Positions 50,965-64,000 of a stretch of 64,000 nucleotides of DNA are shown here, piece after piece. The notes below the pieces were generated by a model, which worked only from the letters and a program-made list of their open reading frames with translations, did no database searches and was not told the origin of the DNA. Every line of letters begins with the position of its first letter. The first letter of the stretch is position 1. The stretch comes from Squalus acanthias (lineage: Eukaryota): NCBI GenBank assembly GCA_030390025.1, contig JASTWF010000034.1, forward strand, positions 1,736,001 through 1,800,000, given 5' to 3'. Both the position numbers and the translations under genes were made by a program.

Positions 50965-51515
50965 TCTTAACCTTCGCTGCTCTAAAAAGAGCAATCCCAG
51001 CTTCTCCTGACTCTCCACGTAATTGAAGTCCCAGATCCCTGGTACCATTCCGGTAAATCTCCTCTGCACCTTCTCTAATCCTTGACATGCTTGCCAAAGG
51101 GTGGTGCTCAGAATTGGACACAATACTCCAGCTGGGGTCTAACCAATGCTTTTTAATAGGTTAACATTTCTACCTGGATTTTGTTACTCTGTGTCTCTGT
51201 TTGTAAAGCCAAGGACTCCGTATGCTTTATTAATAGCCATCGCTACTTGTCCTGCCACCTTCAAAGATTTGTGTAAGTACACACCAGATCTCTCTGATCG
51301 TGCACACGCTTTGAAATTGTACCGTTTAGTTTATATTACCTCTGCTCATGCTTCCTACCAACATGGATCACTTCACCCTTCTCTGTGTTAAATTGTATCT
51401 GCCATGTGGCTGCCCATTTCACCAGACTGTCTGCGTCCTCCTGAAGTCTGTTACTATCATTCTCACTGTTTATTTACATTTCCGAGTTTTGTCATTTTCA
51501 AACTTTGAAATCATG
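50965..51515 (-). mobile_element. Old CR1 RT fragment
   Basis: Reverse complement of LVRPQLEYCVQF and KCEVIH-like segments. Confidence 0.75.
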
Positions 51516-51519
51516 CGCT

Positions 51520-54500
51520 GTCATAGAGTCATCGATAGTCATAATTATACAGCACAGAAAGAGGCCCTTCGGCCCATTGTGTCCGCGCCGGCCATCAAGC
51601 CCTATATATTCTATGCCCATTTTCCCGCACTTGGTCCGTAGCCTTGTATGCTATGGCGTTTCTAGTGCTCATCTCAATGCTTCTTGAATGTTGTGAGGGT
51701 TCCTGCCTCTACCACCATTTCAGGCAGTGAGTTCCAGATTCCAACCACACTCTGGGTGAAAAAGATTTTCCTCAAATCCCCTCTAAACCTCCTGCCCCTT
51801 ACCTTGAAACTATGCCCCCTGGTTATTGACCCCTCTACTAAGGGGAAAATTCCTTTCTATCTACCCTATCTATGCCCCTCATTATTTTGTATACAAAAAT
51901 CAGGTCCCCCCTCAGCCTTTTCTGCTCTAAGGAAAACAACCCCAGCCTGAAGCGCTCCAGCCCAGGTAACATCCTGGTCAATCTCCTCTGCACCCTCTCC
52001 AATGCAATCACATCCTTCCTAAAGTGTGGTGACCAGAACTGCACACAGTATTCTAGCTGTGGCCGAACTAGCATTTTGTACATTTCCATCATAACCTCCC
52101 TGCTCTTATATTCTTTGCCTCGGCTAATGAAGGCACGTATCCCTAATGCCTTTTTAACCACCTTATCTACCTGTCCAGCTGACTTCAGGGCTGTATGTAC
52201 CTGCACATAAAGGTCCCTCTGATCCTCTGTCCTTCCTAGGGTCCGACCATTGATTGTCTATTCCCTTGCCTTGTTAGTCCTCCCAAAATGCATCACTTCA
52301 CACTTTTCAAGGTTAAATTCCATTTGCCACTCTTCTGCCCATCTAACCAACCCGTCTATATCGTCCTGTAGTCTGAGGCTTCCCTCCTCGCTATTTACCA
52401 GCCCACCAATTTTCGTGTCATCTGCGAAATTACTGATCATACCTTCTACATTCATATCTAAATCATTAATGTACAATAAAAACAGCAAAGGACCCAGCAC
52501 CGATCCCTGCGGTACACCACTGAACACAGGCTTCAAGTCACAAAAACAACCTTCGACCATCACCCTCTGCCTCCTGCCACGAAACCAATTTTGGATCCAA
52601 TGTGCCAAATTGCCCTGGATCCCATGGTCTCTTACCTTCTTGACCAGTCTCCCATGTGGGATGTTGTCAAAAGCCTTACTGAAGTCCATGTAGACTGCAT
52701 CAACTGCACTACCCTCATCCACAAACCTAGTCAACCCCTCGAAAAATTCAAACAATTTTGTTAGAAATGATTTCTCCCTTAAAAAGCCATGCTGACTATT
52801 CTTGATTAATCCGTGCCCTTCCAAGTGTAGACTAATTCTGTCCCTCAGAATTTTTGCAAATAATTTCCCGACCACTGATGTTAAGCTCACTGGCCTGTAA
52901 TTCCCTGGTTTATCCCTAGTACCCTTCTTGAATAATGGTACTCCGTTAGCTGTTCTCCAGTCCTCTGGCACCTCCCCTATGACCAGAGAGGCTCAGAAAA
53001 TTTGTGTCAAAGCTCCTGTAATCTCCTCCCTTGCCTCACACTGCAGCCTGGGATACATCTCGTCTGGGCCTGGGGATTTATCTACTTTTTAGGCCGCTAA
53101 AACCGCTAGTACCTCCTCCTTCTCAATGCTAATTTGTTCAAGTATATCACAATCGCCCTGCCTGATTTCTATGTCAACATCGTCCTTCTCAATAGTGAAC
53201 ACAGAGGCAAAATATTCATTTAAAACCTCACCCACATCTTCCGGCTCAACACACAGATTACCACTTTGGCCCCTAATACATAAGAACATAAGAAGTAGGA
53301 GCAGGAGTAGGCCATATGGCCCTTCGGGCCTGCTCCATCATTCAATGGGATCATGGCTGATCCGAACCTAGACTTACGTCCACCTCCCTGCCCGATCCCC
53401 ATAACCCTTAATTCCCTTATCAGCTAGGAAACTGTCTATCTCCGTTTTAAATTTATTTAATGTCGTAGCTTCCACAGCTCTCTGAGGTATCAAATTCCAT
53501 AGATTTACTACGCTCTGAGTGAAGAAGTTTCTCCTCATCTCAGTTTTGAAACGGCAGCCCCTTATTCTAAGATTGTGCCCCCTAGTTCTAGTCTCACCCA
53601 GCAGTGGAAACATCCAACCCGCCTCCACCCGATCAAGCCACCTCACAATCTTGTATGTTTCGATAAGATCGCCTCTCATTCTTCTGAATTCCAATGAGTA
53701 GAGGCCCAACCTACTCAACCTTTCCTCATAAGTCAACCCCCTCATATCCGGAATCAACCGAGTGAACCTTCTCTGAACTGCCCGGAGAGCAAGTATATCT
53801 TTTCTTAAATATGGAAACCAAAACTGTACGCAGTATTCCAGGTGTGGCCTCACCAGTACCTTGTATAGCTGAAGCAAGACTTCCCTGCTTTTATATTCCA
53901 TCCCCCTTGCAATAAAAGCCAAGATTCCATTGGCCTTCCTGATCGACCGCTGTACCTGCATACTAACCTTCTGTGTTTCATGCACCAGGACCCCCAGATC
54001 CCTTTGTACTGTAGCACTTTGCTGTTTCTTTCCATTTAGATAATAACTTGCTCTTTGATTTTTTTCTGCCAAAGTGCATAACCTCAGACTTTCCAACATT
54101 ATATTCCAGCTGCCAAATTTCCGCACACTCACTTAGCCTGTCTATGTCCTTTTTACAGGATTTTTATGTCCTCCTCACTCACTGATTTCCCTCCCATCTT
54201 TGTATCGTCGGCAAACTTGGATACGTTGCACTCGGTCCCCTCCTCCAAATCGTTAATATAGATTGTAAAAAGTTGGGGTCCCAGCACTGACCCCTGCGGA
54301 ACACCACTAGTTACTGATTGCCAACCCTAGAATGAACCATTTATCTCAACTCTCTGCCTTCCGTTAGATAGCCGTTCTTCCACCCTTGCCAGTATATTAC
54401 CCCCAATCCCGTGATTCTTTATCTTGTGCAGTAATCTTTTGTGTGGCACCTTATCAAATGCCTTTTGGAAGTCCAAATATACCACATCCACTGGATCCCC

Positions 54501-57500
54501 TTTATCCACCCTATTTGTTACGTCCTCAAAGAATTCGAGCAAATTTGTCAAGCATGATTTCCCCTTCATAAAACCATGCTGACTCTGTCCAATTAAATTA
54601 TGCTTATCCAAATGTCCTGTTACTGCTTCCTTAATAATGGACTCCAACATTTTACCAACCACAGATGTTAGGCTAACTGGACTATAGTTTCCAGCCTTTT
54701 GACTACCTCCCTTTTTAAATAAGGGCGTTAAATTAGCAGTTTTCCACTCTGCCGGGACCTTTCCCGAATCCAGGGAGTTTTGGAAAATTACCACGAATGC
54801 ATCCGCAATCCCTACCGCTGCTTCTGTCAAGACCCTAGGATGTAAGCCATCAGGTCCAGGGGATTTATCCGCCTTCAGTCCCATTATCTTACCGAGTACC
54901 ATATCCTTAGTGATTTTAATCGTGTTTAGCTCCTCCCCCCTATAGCCGCTCGTTTGTCCAGTGTTGGGATATTTTTAGTATCCTCGACTGTAAAGACTGA
55001 TACAAAATATTTGTTCAGCGTATTTGCCATCTCCGTGTTCCCCACTACTAATTTCCCGGTCTCGTCCTCTAAGGGACCAACATTCACTTTAGCCACCCTT
55101 TTTCTTTTTATATAACTGTAGAAACTCTTGCTCTCTGTTTTTATATTTTTTGCTAGTTTACTTTCATAATCTATCTTCCCCTTCTTAATTAATCTTTTAG
55201 TTATTCTTTGCTGGCTTTTAAATGCTTCCCAATCTTCTATCCTACCACTAGATTTGGCTACTTTATATGCTCTTGTTTTCAGTCGGATACAAACTTTATT
55301 ACTTTACTTAGCCACGGATGGCTGTCTTTTCTTTTACGCCCCTCTTTCCTCAGTGGAATATATTTTTCTTGATATTTGTGAAATACCTCCTTGAATGTAC
55401 ACCACTGCTCCTGTACCGTCTTACACCTTAATCTATTTTTCCAGTCCACTTTAGTCAACTCTGCTCTCATACCTTCATAATCTCCTTTATTTAAGCTTAG
55501 TACGCTGGTTTGAGATCCAACTCCCTCACCCTCCAACTGAATTTGGAATTCAACCATGTTATGGTCACTCATTCCAAGGGAATCCTTTACGAGGACATTT
55601 TGTATTAATCCTGTCTCATTGCACAGGACCAGATCTAAGATTGCCTGCCCCCTGGTTGATTCAGTAATATACTGCTCAAGGAACCCGTCCCTAATGCACA
55701 CTATGAACTCTTCCTCAAGGCTGCCCTGCCCAATTTGATTTGTCCAGTCAGTATGAAAGTTAAAATCTCCCATGATTATAGCTGTTCCCTTATTACAAGC
55801 CCCAACTATTTCCTGATTTATACTCCGACCAACAGAGTTACAAATATTAGGAGGCCTATAGACTACGCCCATTAGTGACTTTTTCCCCTTATTATTCCTT
55901 ATCGCCACCCAAACTGTTTCACTATCCTGATCCTTTGACCCAATATCATTTCTCACTATTCCAGTGATTCCATCCTTTATTAACATAGCCAAACACGTCC
56001 CTTTCCTTCCTGTCTGTCCTTCCTAATAGTCAAATACCCCTGGATGTTTAGTTCCTAGTCATGGTCACCTCGCAGCCATGTTTCCGAAATGGCCACCAGA
56101 TCATACCCATGTGTAGTTATTTTGTACCGTCAACTCGTCTATTTTGTTACGAATGATGCGTGCATTCAGATAAAGAATTTTTAAACATGTTTTGTGACAA
56201 TTTATTCCTGCTTTTACCCCCTTTACTACTTTACATTTATCTTTTTTATTCCGTCCCTTCCTGACACGCTCTGGTTTTTAATTTACCCACTGCTAATTTG
56301 CTCTATTGCCTAGAAACTTCCGCTGACATTTTTATTCTTCGCCCTTTTGAAACCTCCTCCCCACTAATTAGTTTAAAACCCTCTCTACAGCCCTAGTTAT
56401 TCGATTCGCCAGGATTCTAGTCCCAACACTGGCCAAGTGAAGTCCCTCCCAACGGGAGAGCTCTCTCCCGTCCCAGTACTGGTGCCAGTGTCCCAAGAAG
56501 CAAAACCCATTTATCCCACACCAGTCTTTGAGCCACGCATTTAACTCTCTGATTTTATTTACCCTAGCCAAATTTGCTCGTGGCTCAAGTAGTAATCCAG
56601 AGATTATTACCATTGTGGTTCTGCTATTTAATTTGGCCCCTAGCTGCTCATACTCCCTCAGCAGAACCTCTTTCCTTGTCCTATCTATGTCGTTGGTACC
56701 AACATGGACCACGACAACTGGATCCTCTTCCTCCCACTCCAAGTTTCTCTCCAGCCCAGAGGAGATGTCCTTAAACCTGGCACCGGGCAGGCAACACAAC
56801 CTTCGGGACTCTTGCTCTCGGCTACAAAGAACCCCATCTATCCCCCTTATGATACTATCCCCTACCACTACAACATTTCTTTTTACTTCCCCCACTTGAA
56901 TGGTCCCCCGTTCCACGGTGCTGTGGCCAGGTTGCTCATCCTCCCTGCAGTCCCTGCTCCCGTCCTCTCAGGGAGTAAGAGCCTCGAACCTGTTGGAAAA
57001 GAGCAACGGGTGTGGCTCATCCAACACTACCTCCTGGATCCCCGTACCTGCCTCACTCATAGTCACACCCTCCTGTCCCTGGCCCCGGACGACATATGAA
57101 TTAGTTAATCTAATTGGTGTGACTACTTGCTGGAACACAGAGTCCAGGTAACTCTCCCCCTCCCTGATGTGTCGCAGTGTTTGAAGCTCGGACTCCAGCT
57201 CATCAACACAGAGCCGGAGTTCGTCGAGCAGCCAACACTTACTGCAAATGTGATCACCGTGAGCATCAATGGTGTCCACCAGCTCCCACATATTGCAGCA
57301 GTAACACATCACCTGTTCTCCCATTCTATGTAATTAATTAAATTTATTAATATTTTTTGAATACCCTCTGCCCCGCCTGATGAATATCACACCTTAGAAA
57401 CTATAAACCACAGAGTTTAAGTTTAAAAAGAGAGAAATACTCACCAACCAATTACTTACCTGCTTTCTGGTGACGTCACACCTCGATTATTTTTTACCTC

Positions 57501-60480
57501 TCTCCCTCCCTCCCTCCGAGTTCGGAGACTGGTCCCGCCTTACCTGGTCTCTGGAGCCTTTTAAACCCTCTACCGCCACCTCGCCTCATGCAGGTCCGCC
57601 GCCGCACCAGGAAGCTGACAAAGATTGAAAAAGTGAGGAACACCTCCCTCCCCTCACTCACCAAACTCGCAGCTTAACACTCTGTTCCAATCTGCACTCC
57701 GTGACAAACTGCACTCTAGTCTCCCTTATTTATACTGCTGAGATTTAAATAAGTGAGCTCTCTGGCAGTTACAGAACCAGATTAGACCAGTTAATTAATT
57801 AATTACTCTCACCTGCTCTACAGCACAGAGCTTGCTTAGCCCTGCCCAAGCCTGGAAGAAACTTAAAACTTGAAACAGTAAATTTAAATGCTAATTGCAA
57901 GCACACAAGACTAGAATTTATAAAAATAAGAGATTAATCTTTAAGATTTACTCCCTCACTCACCAAACTCGCAGCTTAACACTCTGTTCCAATCTGCACT
58001 CCGTGACAAACTGCAATCTAGTAATAGGCCCTAGTCGTTCCCTCGTTATCCTCTTGCCCTTAATATACTTATAAACAGCTTGGGATTTTCCTTTCTTTTA
58101 CCCGCCAGTTTTTTTTTTCATACCCCCTCTTCACTTTCCTAATTTCTTTTTAAGTACCCCAGTGCACTTCCTATACTCCACTCGGGCTTCCACTGTTTTT
58201 ACTCCTTGGTATCTGCCAAAAACCTCTCTTTTTTCCGAATCCATTCTTATATATCACTTGACATCCAGGGTTGCCTGGACTTGTTGGTCCCACCCTTGAC
58301 CTTTACGGGAACATGTTGGCGTTATACTCTCTCTGTTTACTTTGTGAAAGACTCCCACTGCTCTGATGTGGATTTTCCTACAAGTAGCTGATCCCAGTCC
58401 ACTTTGGCCGGAACCTGCCTTATCATATTAAAATCGGCCTTCCCCCAATTTAGAACCTTTACTTCCGGTCCATTTTTGTCCTTTTCCATGACTACCTTGA
58501 ATCTCAACGAATTATGGTCACTGTCACCAAAATGCTCTCCTTATGACACTTCCACCAGTTGCCCAGCTACATTCCCTAGAATTAGGTTCAGAACCGACCC
58601 CTGTCTGGTAGGACATTCTACATGCTGGCTCAAAAAGCTCTCCTGGATCCACATTAAGAATTCCGCATCCTCTAAGCCTTTCACACTCTGACTATCTCAT
58701 TTAATATTGGGCAAGTTGAAATCCCCTGCTATTATTACATATTATTTCGACACTTCTGTGAGATTTGCTGACATATCTGTTCCTCTATCTCCCACTGACT
58801 GTTTGCGGCCCAACAGTACACTCCCAGCAAAGAGCTTGCCCACTTTTTGTTTTTAAGTTCTACCGATATGGCCTCCTTAGAGCATCCTGCTAAGATATCA
58901 TCCCTCGTTAAAGCAGTAATTGTCTCCTTGATTAATATTGCGACACCCCCTCCGCTTTTACACCCACCTCTGCCTCGCCTGAAGAATCTATATCCCGGAA
59001 TATTGAGCTGCCAGTCCTGCCGCTCCCTCAACCATGTCTCTGTGATAGCAACAATATCATACTCCCATGTTTTCATCAACACCTTCAATTCATCTGCCTT
59101 ACTCGCAAGACTCCTTGAATTAAAATAAATGCCACCAGCCATGCCATACAGCCTTGTGCCGTTACATATTTGCTCTGACTTCCAGGCTGAATTGTTTTTT
59201 CCTCTATATTTGGCTGTGCATCACCCCCTACGACAGCTCCACTCTGTATCCCATCCCTCTGCCAAGTTAGATTACCCCCGCCCCCCCACCCACTCAACAG
59301 TACTAGCAAATCTCTCCGCAAGGATGTTGGTCCCGTTCCGGTTCAGGTGCATCCCGTCCGACTTGTACAGGTCCCACCTTCCCCAGAAGCAGACCCAGTG
59401 ATCCAGGAAACTAAAGCCCTCCCTGCTGCACCAATTCTTTAGCCACGCATTCATATGCTCTAGCCTCCTATTCCTGTACTCACCAGCAAGTGGCACCGGG
59501 AGTAATACAGAGATTACAACCTTTGAGGTCCTGCTTTTTAATCTGCTACCTAGCTCCCTAAATTCTTGTTGCAGGACCTCATCCCTCTTTCTACCCATGT
59601 CGTTGGTACCAATGTGGATTACGACCTCTGACAGTTCGCCCTCCCCCTTCAGAATACCCTGCAGCCGTTCAGTGAGCTGCTTGACCCTGGCACCAGGGAG
59701 GCAACATACCATCCTGGAGTCACGTCTGAGGCCACAGAAACATTTATCTGTTCCCCTTACGATAGAATCCCCTATCACTATTGCTCTCCCACTCTTTACA
59801 CCCCCCCCCCTCCTGTACAGCTGAGCCATTCGTAGTGCCATGGACTTGGCTCTTGCTGCATTCCCCTGAGAAACCATCTCCCCCATCAGTATCCAAAACG
59901 AAAAATCTGTTGGAGAGGGAGATGGACCCAGGGGACTCCTGCACTGCCTTCCTTGTTCTATTACACTGTCTGGGGGTCATCTATTTCCTATCTGCCTGTG
60001 CACTCTTTACCTGCGGTGTGACCACCTCGTTAAATGTTCTATCCACGAAGATCTCAGCTTCGCGGATGCTCCACAGTGACTCCAGTCGCAGCTCCAGCTC
60101 CGAAACGCGGATTTCGCGTAGCTGCAGCTGGAGACACTTCCTGCACATGTGTCCACCCTGGACACCTAAAGTGTCCCTGACTTACAACATAGCACAGGAG
60201 GAGCACTCCACGCTGCCGAGCTGCCCTGTCATGTCCTACCAATAATTTACTCCCTTTAAATTAAAGAATATTAAATACACTAGGGACCTTACTTCCCTTT
60301 AAGCACTACTTGCTCTAAACTCGAGACCTTACTTTTAGTTTAACGACTGGACTGTAGAAATATTCACCAGGTCTTGGAAGCTGACAAAGACAGAAAAAGA
60401 AAGGAACACATTCCTCACACACCAAACTCGCAGCTTAACACTAGGTTCCAAACTGCACTCCATGACAAACTGCACTCAAG
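51520..60480 (-). mobile_element. Full-length degraded CR1 (host element) split by the insertion at 53279-58021
   Basis: RT 51838-53270, EN 58030-59142, ORF1 esterase 59272-59886, Cys-rich ORF1 N-terminus ~60050-60235. The reading context rejoins across the insertion. Confidence 0.9.
53279..58021 (-). mobile_element. Full-length CR1 (~4.74 kb) with TAATA target-site duplication
   Basis: TAATA at 53274-53278 and 58022-58026. ORF1 CxxC..CxxC plus heptad leucines (56968-57324) and esterase (56368-56916). EN 55279-56190, RT to 53374, and a CATAAGAA tail. Confidence 0.95.
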
Positions 60481-60995
60481 CCAGTACTGAGGGAGTGCTG
60501 CATTGTTGGAGGTGTAGTACTGAGGGAGCGCATCACTGTCAGAGGGGCAGTACTGAGGGAGTGCATCTCTGTCAGCGGGGCAGTACTGAGGGAGCGCATC
60601 ACTGTCAGAGGGGCAGTACTGAGGGAGCGTATCACTGTCAGAGGGGCAGTACTGAGGGAGCGCATCACTGTGAGCGGTGCCATGTCTCAGATGAGACGTT
60701 AAACCTGTCTGTTCTATAAGTTGGACGTAAAAGATCCCATGGAATTATATTGAAGAAGAGCAGCAGGGTTAACCCCGGTGTTCTGGCTAATATTTATCTC
60801 AATCAACATCATTAAAGCAGATTATCTGGTCATTATCACATTGCTGTTTGTGGGAGCTTGCTGTGCTCAAATTGGCTGCCACGTTTCCGACAGTACAACA
60901 GTGACTTCACTTCAAAAGGAAGGACGTCATTGGCTTGAAAGCACATCCCAAGATTGTGAAAAGCGCCGTATCAATTCAATTCTTTCTTCCTTTCT
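60478..60995 (+). mobile_element. Deu-domain-type SINE with an internal 33-bp expansion and an L2-like tail
   Basis: CAGTACTGAGGGAGTGCTGCA...GATGAGACGTTAAAC...GGACGTAAAAGATCCCATGG...GAAGAAGAGCAG...ATTGCTGTTTGTGGGAGCTTGCTGTGC, recalled as the Deu domain. Unit GCAGTACTGAGGGAGCGCATCACTGTCAGAGGG ~6 copies at 60481-60675. Confidence 0.8.
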
Positions 60996-61129
60996 TAACT
61001 GTAATTTCCAAAAGGTAATTGGATGCAAACTTGAAAAGGATAAATTTTCAGGGCTCTGGGGAAACGGCTCAATTGTTCATCACCATTCACAACAGGATAT
61101 GAAAGCTTTGAAATAATTTGATGTGTTGG

Positions 61130-61765
61130 GATCGCTTGGCTCTGTCTAATTTCATTCCATTGATCACCATGGTAGATGCACATGATATGATGGAGGGTGT
61201 CCTCAGGGTGAAGGCGAGACTTATTCTCCACACACATTGAGCGGTGGTCAGTCCTACCAAGATCGTCATGGACAGATGCATATGCGATAGATAGATTGGT
61301 GAGGACGAGGTCAAGCAGGCTATTCTCTCATCTTGGGTCGCCCACGAGCTGCCGCAATCCCAGTCTGGCAGCTATGTTCTTCAGGGCTCGGTGAATGATG
61401 GTACTTCCCAGGCACGATTGGTGATGAACATTGAAGTTTCCCCCTCCCGAACCAGTGTATAATTTGCGCCCTTTCTGCTCTCGGTGCTCCCATCAACTGG
61501 TGTTCAGCATGAAGATGTGTCGATTCAACAGCTGAGGGAGGGCGGTAGGTGGTAATCAGCAGGAAGTTACCTTGCCCATGTCTGACTGGAAGCCATCAGA
61601 CTTCATCATATCCTCAGGCAATGTTGAGGACTCAGTGTTTCTCCCTCCGGATTGTATACCCCTGTGTCCCCACCTCTGGTGGGTCTGTGCAGACCCTGGA
61701 ATGGTGATGGAGTGTTTGAGAATGTTGACTGACAGGTATGGTTCTGTGAGTATGATTATGCGAGA
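61130..61765 (-). mobile_element. LINE endonuclease-domain fragment
   Basis: The minus strand has GNFNVHH, LDLVLTN and ILTEPYL (ETW-like) motifs. Confidence 0.7.
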
Positions 61766-61997
61766 ATTTAACATTTCCAGAGAGTTTCCTGGAGTGTTGA
61801 GCTGCTTACAGCGTATTTATCTCATTGGTTAATATTTTAAGTGTTTTCCTTTGAGCCCTCCGTTTTAATCCTTTGCACCTGTTAATTATTCTTCCACTCG
61901 GTCAAACACGATGACATGTTTGTCTGGGTAAGGTTACTCTTCTTCTTCTTCTTCTTCTTCTTCTTGTTCTATTTTCAGGCAATAGAGAAATGAACTG

Positions 61998-62395
61998 TGA
62001 ATGAAATTCCTGGACTGAGGCGGGAGCAGTGTAATCTAGGCAGCCCTGGGAATGAAATTCCTGGATTGAGGCGGGAGCAGTGTAATCTAGGCGGCCCTGG
62101 GAATGAAATTCCTGGACTGAGGCGGGAGCAGTGTAATCTAGGCAGCCCTGGGAATGAAATTCCTGGATTGAGGCAGGAGCAGTGTAATCTAGGCGGCCCT
62201 GGGAATGAAATTCCTGGACTGAGGTGGGAGCAGTGTAATCTAGGCAGCCCTGGGAATGAAAGTCTTGGACTGAGGTGGGAGCAATGTAATCCAGGCAGCC
62301 CTGGGAATGAAATTCCTGGATTGAGGTGGAGCAATGTAATCTAGGCAGCCCTGGGAATGAAAGTCTTGGACTGAGGTGGGAGCAGTGTATTCTAG
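61998..62395 (+). repeat. 51-bp minisatellite, ~8 units
   Basis: Unit GGAATGAAATTCCTGGACTGAGGCGGGAGCAGTGTAATCTAGGCAGCCCTG. Confidence 0.95.
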
Positions 62396-62559
62396 TCGAG
62401 TCCCATCGTTCCATCACTGGGATATTCTCTCAGATCCCGCCATTTAAGACCATTTATTTGTTATTTCTTTAATCCTGATGGCCTGGTATGGAATAAATCA
62501 AAGATCTAGTGTGGGGAAATCCATTTTGTCAGTGGTCTAAACAGAGTGCTAAGGTTGTG

Positions 62560-63785
62560 AATTTGGAAAGCTTGGGAATTCGGAGCAGAGGGGAAGGAGG
62601 AGAGAGCGAGAGGAGCGGCCGGAGATAAAGGTAGGCCAGAGAACCCGGAGCTGGGAGCGAGTGTAAGGGAGTTCGGTAAGTGACATCAGCACAAGGGAAG
62701 ACGCTGCAAAGAAAAAATAATATGTTGATTGTGAATTTTTGAAGTCTTGAGTTTAATTCCGTTAAGTTAGTTGGTAGTCTATTAAATAGAGGCATGGCAG
62801 GGCACCTCAGTGCCGTGGAATGCACACCTTGTGTCATGTGGGAACTCCAGGACACTTCCCACGGGTTTCGGAGCTTGAGCAGCAGCTGGCGTCACTGCGG
62901 TGCATCCGTGTAGCTGAGAGCTCCGTGGATAGCACGTTTCAGGAGGTGGTCACCCAGAAGCATAAGAGTGTGCAGGCAGAGAGGGAATGTGTGACCGTCA
63001 GACAGACAAGGAGAACCATGCATTTAGTGCAGGAGCCCCATGAGTGCATCTCACTCTCGAACCAGTATTCGATGGGTCCGCTGGGGATTACAGCCAGAGC
63101 CAAGTCCATGGCAACACTGGTGGCTGAGTTGTAAGGGGGTGGCAGGAAGGTCGAGAAAGCAATAGTGATAGGAGATTCGATAGTTAAAGGAACAGACAGG
63201 TGTTTCTCCAGCAACAAATGTAACTCCAGAATGATATGTTGCCTCCCTGGTGCCAGGGTCGAGGATGTCACTGAGTGGCTGCAGGACATTCTGAGGGGTG
63301 ATGGTGAACAGACTGAGGTCGTGGTCCATATTGGCATCATCGACATAGGTAGAGAGAGGGATGTGATCCTGTAGGCAGATAATAGGGAGCTAGGAAAGAG
63401 ATTATAAAGCAGGACCTCGAAGGTAGTAATCTCCAGATTACTCCTGGTGCCACGAGCTAGTGAATACAGAAATAGGAGGACAGAGCAATTAAATGTGTGG
63501 CTGGAGATATGGTGCAGGAGGGAGGGCTTTAGATTCCTGGGACATTGGGGTCGGTTCTGGGGGAGGTGGGACCTGAAAAGGCCGGTCGGGTTGCACCTCA
63601 ACAGAGCCGAACCAATATACTCCCGAGATGCGGGCGGGGCTGTTTGCTAGTGCTGTTGGGGAGCGTTTAAACTAATCTGCCAGGGGGATGGGCACCAGGA
63701 TGTGGCATTAGAAAGGAAAAATAAGGTGCACAAAAGATAGGGAGAGACAGATAGCAGTAGAGCATGAAATAGTACGGTATTATGT
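62560..63785 (+). mobile_element. 5' part of a degraded CR1 (5' UTR and ORF1 with Zn-finger/coiled coil and esterase)
   Basis: VECTPCVMWE, RVSELEQQL, IGDSIVKG, HIG and WGRWDL..GLHLN. Confidence 0.88.
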
Positions 63786-63789
63786 GGGT

Positions 63790-64000
63790 TATGTGAGCAG
63801 CAGCGGGAGCAGCGGCGGACGCGGACCTGTTGAGTGCTTTTATAGTGCGGGACGCAGTGGTTGCTGGGTGGGTGATTAATTTTTACCTATATATAAGTTG
63901 GGCGGTTCCTAAACCCGAGACACTACACTTGTAGTGTCCCCCACCCTTCCACCTCCTCTAACCTAAAGGGGGTGAGTGAATATCCGGTAAGCTCTTTCTT
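63790..64000 (+). mobile_element. Probable 5' UTR of another CR1 interrupting the previous element
   Basis: GC-rich start, GACACTACA-CT-TGTAGTGTC hairpin and GTGAGT/GTAAGC motifs. Family assignment is from recall. Confidence 0.45.

Overview
This is vertebrate genomic DNA, very probably from a cartilaginous fish (inferred from the repeat and gene families, not from a database hit). About 90% of the window is repetitive. It holds many nested CR1 LINEs (zinc-finger/SGNH-esterase ORF1 plus APE/RT ORF2), L2, Tx1-like and other LINE fragments, a Deu-type SINE, Penelope-end remnants, a hAT end, a decayed spliced Myb/SANT gene of PIF/Harbinger type, and at least eight tandem-repeat arrays. Host-like sequence is sparse: a decayed tRNA-Thr, a CpG-island promoter followed by a broken C2H2 zinc-finger exon, two candidate orphan exons, and the first coding exon of a GPR139-like GPCR. 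The standout is an ~11.5 kb satellite of ~47-bp units (24.2-38.6 kb) copied from the reverse-transcriptase '[10 protein letters not shown]' motif of a CR1 LINE. It is still fused to its parent LINE, carries higher-order duplications and was later split by a younger CR1. A 500-N assembly gap lies at 3705-4204. There is no CRISPR array or prokaryotic system. Element boundaries were read by eye and are approximate unless exact motifs are given.
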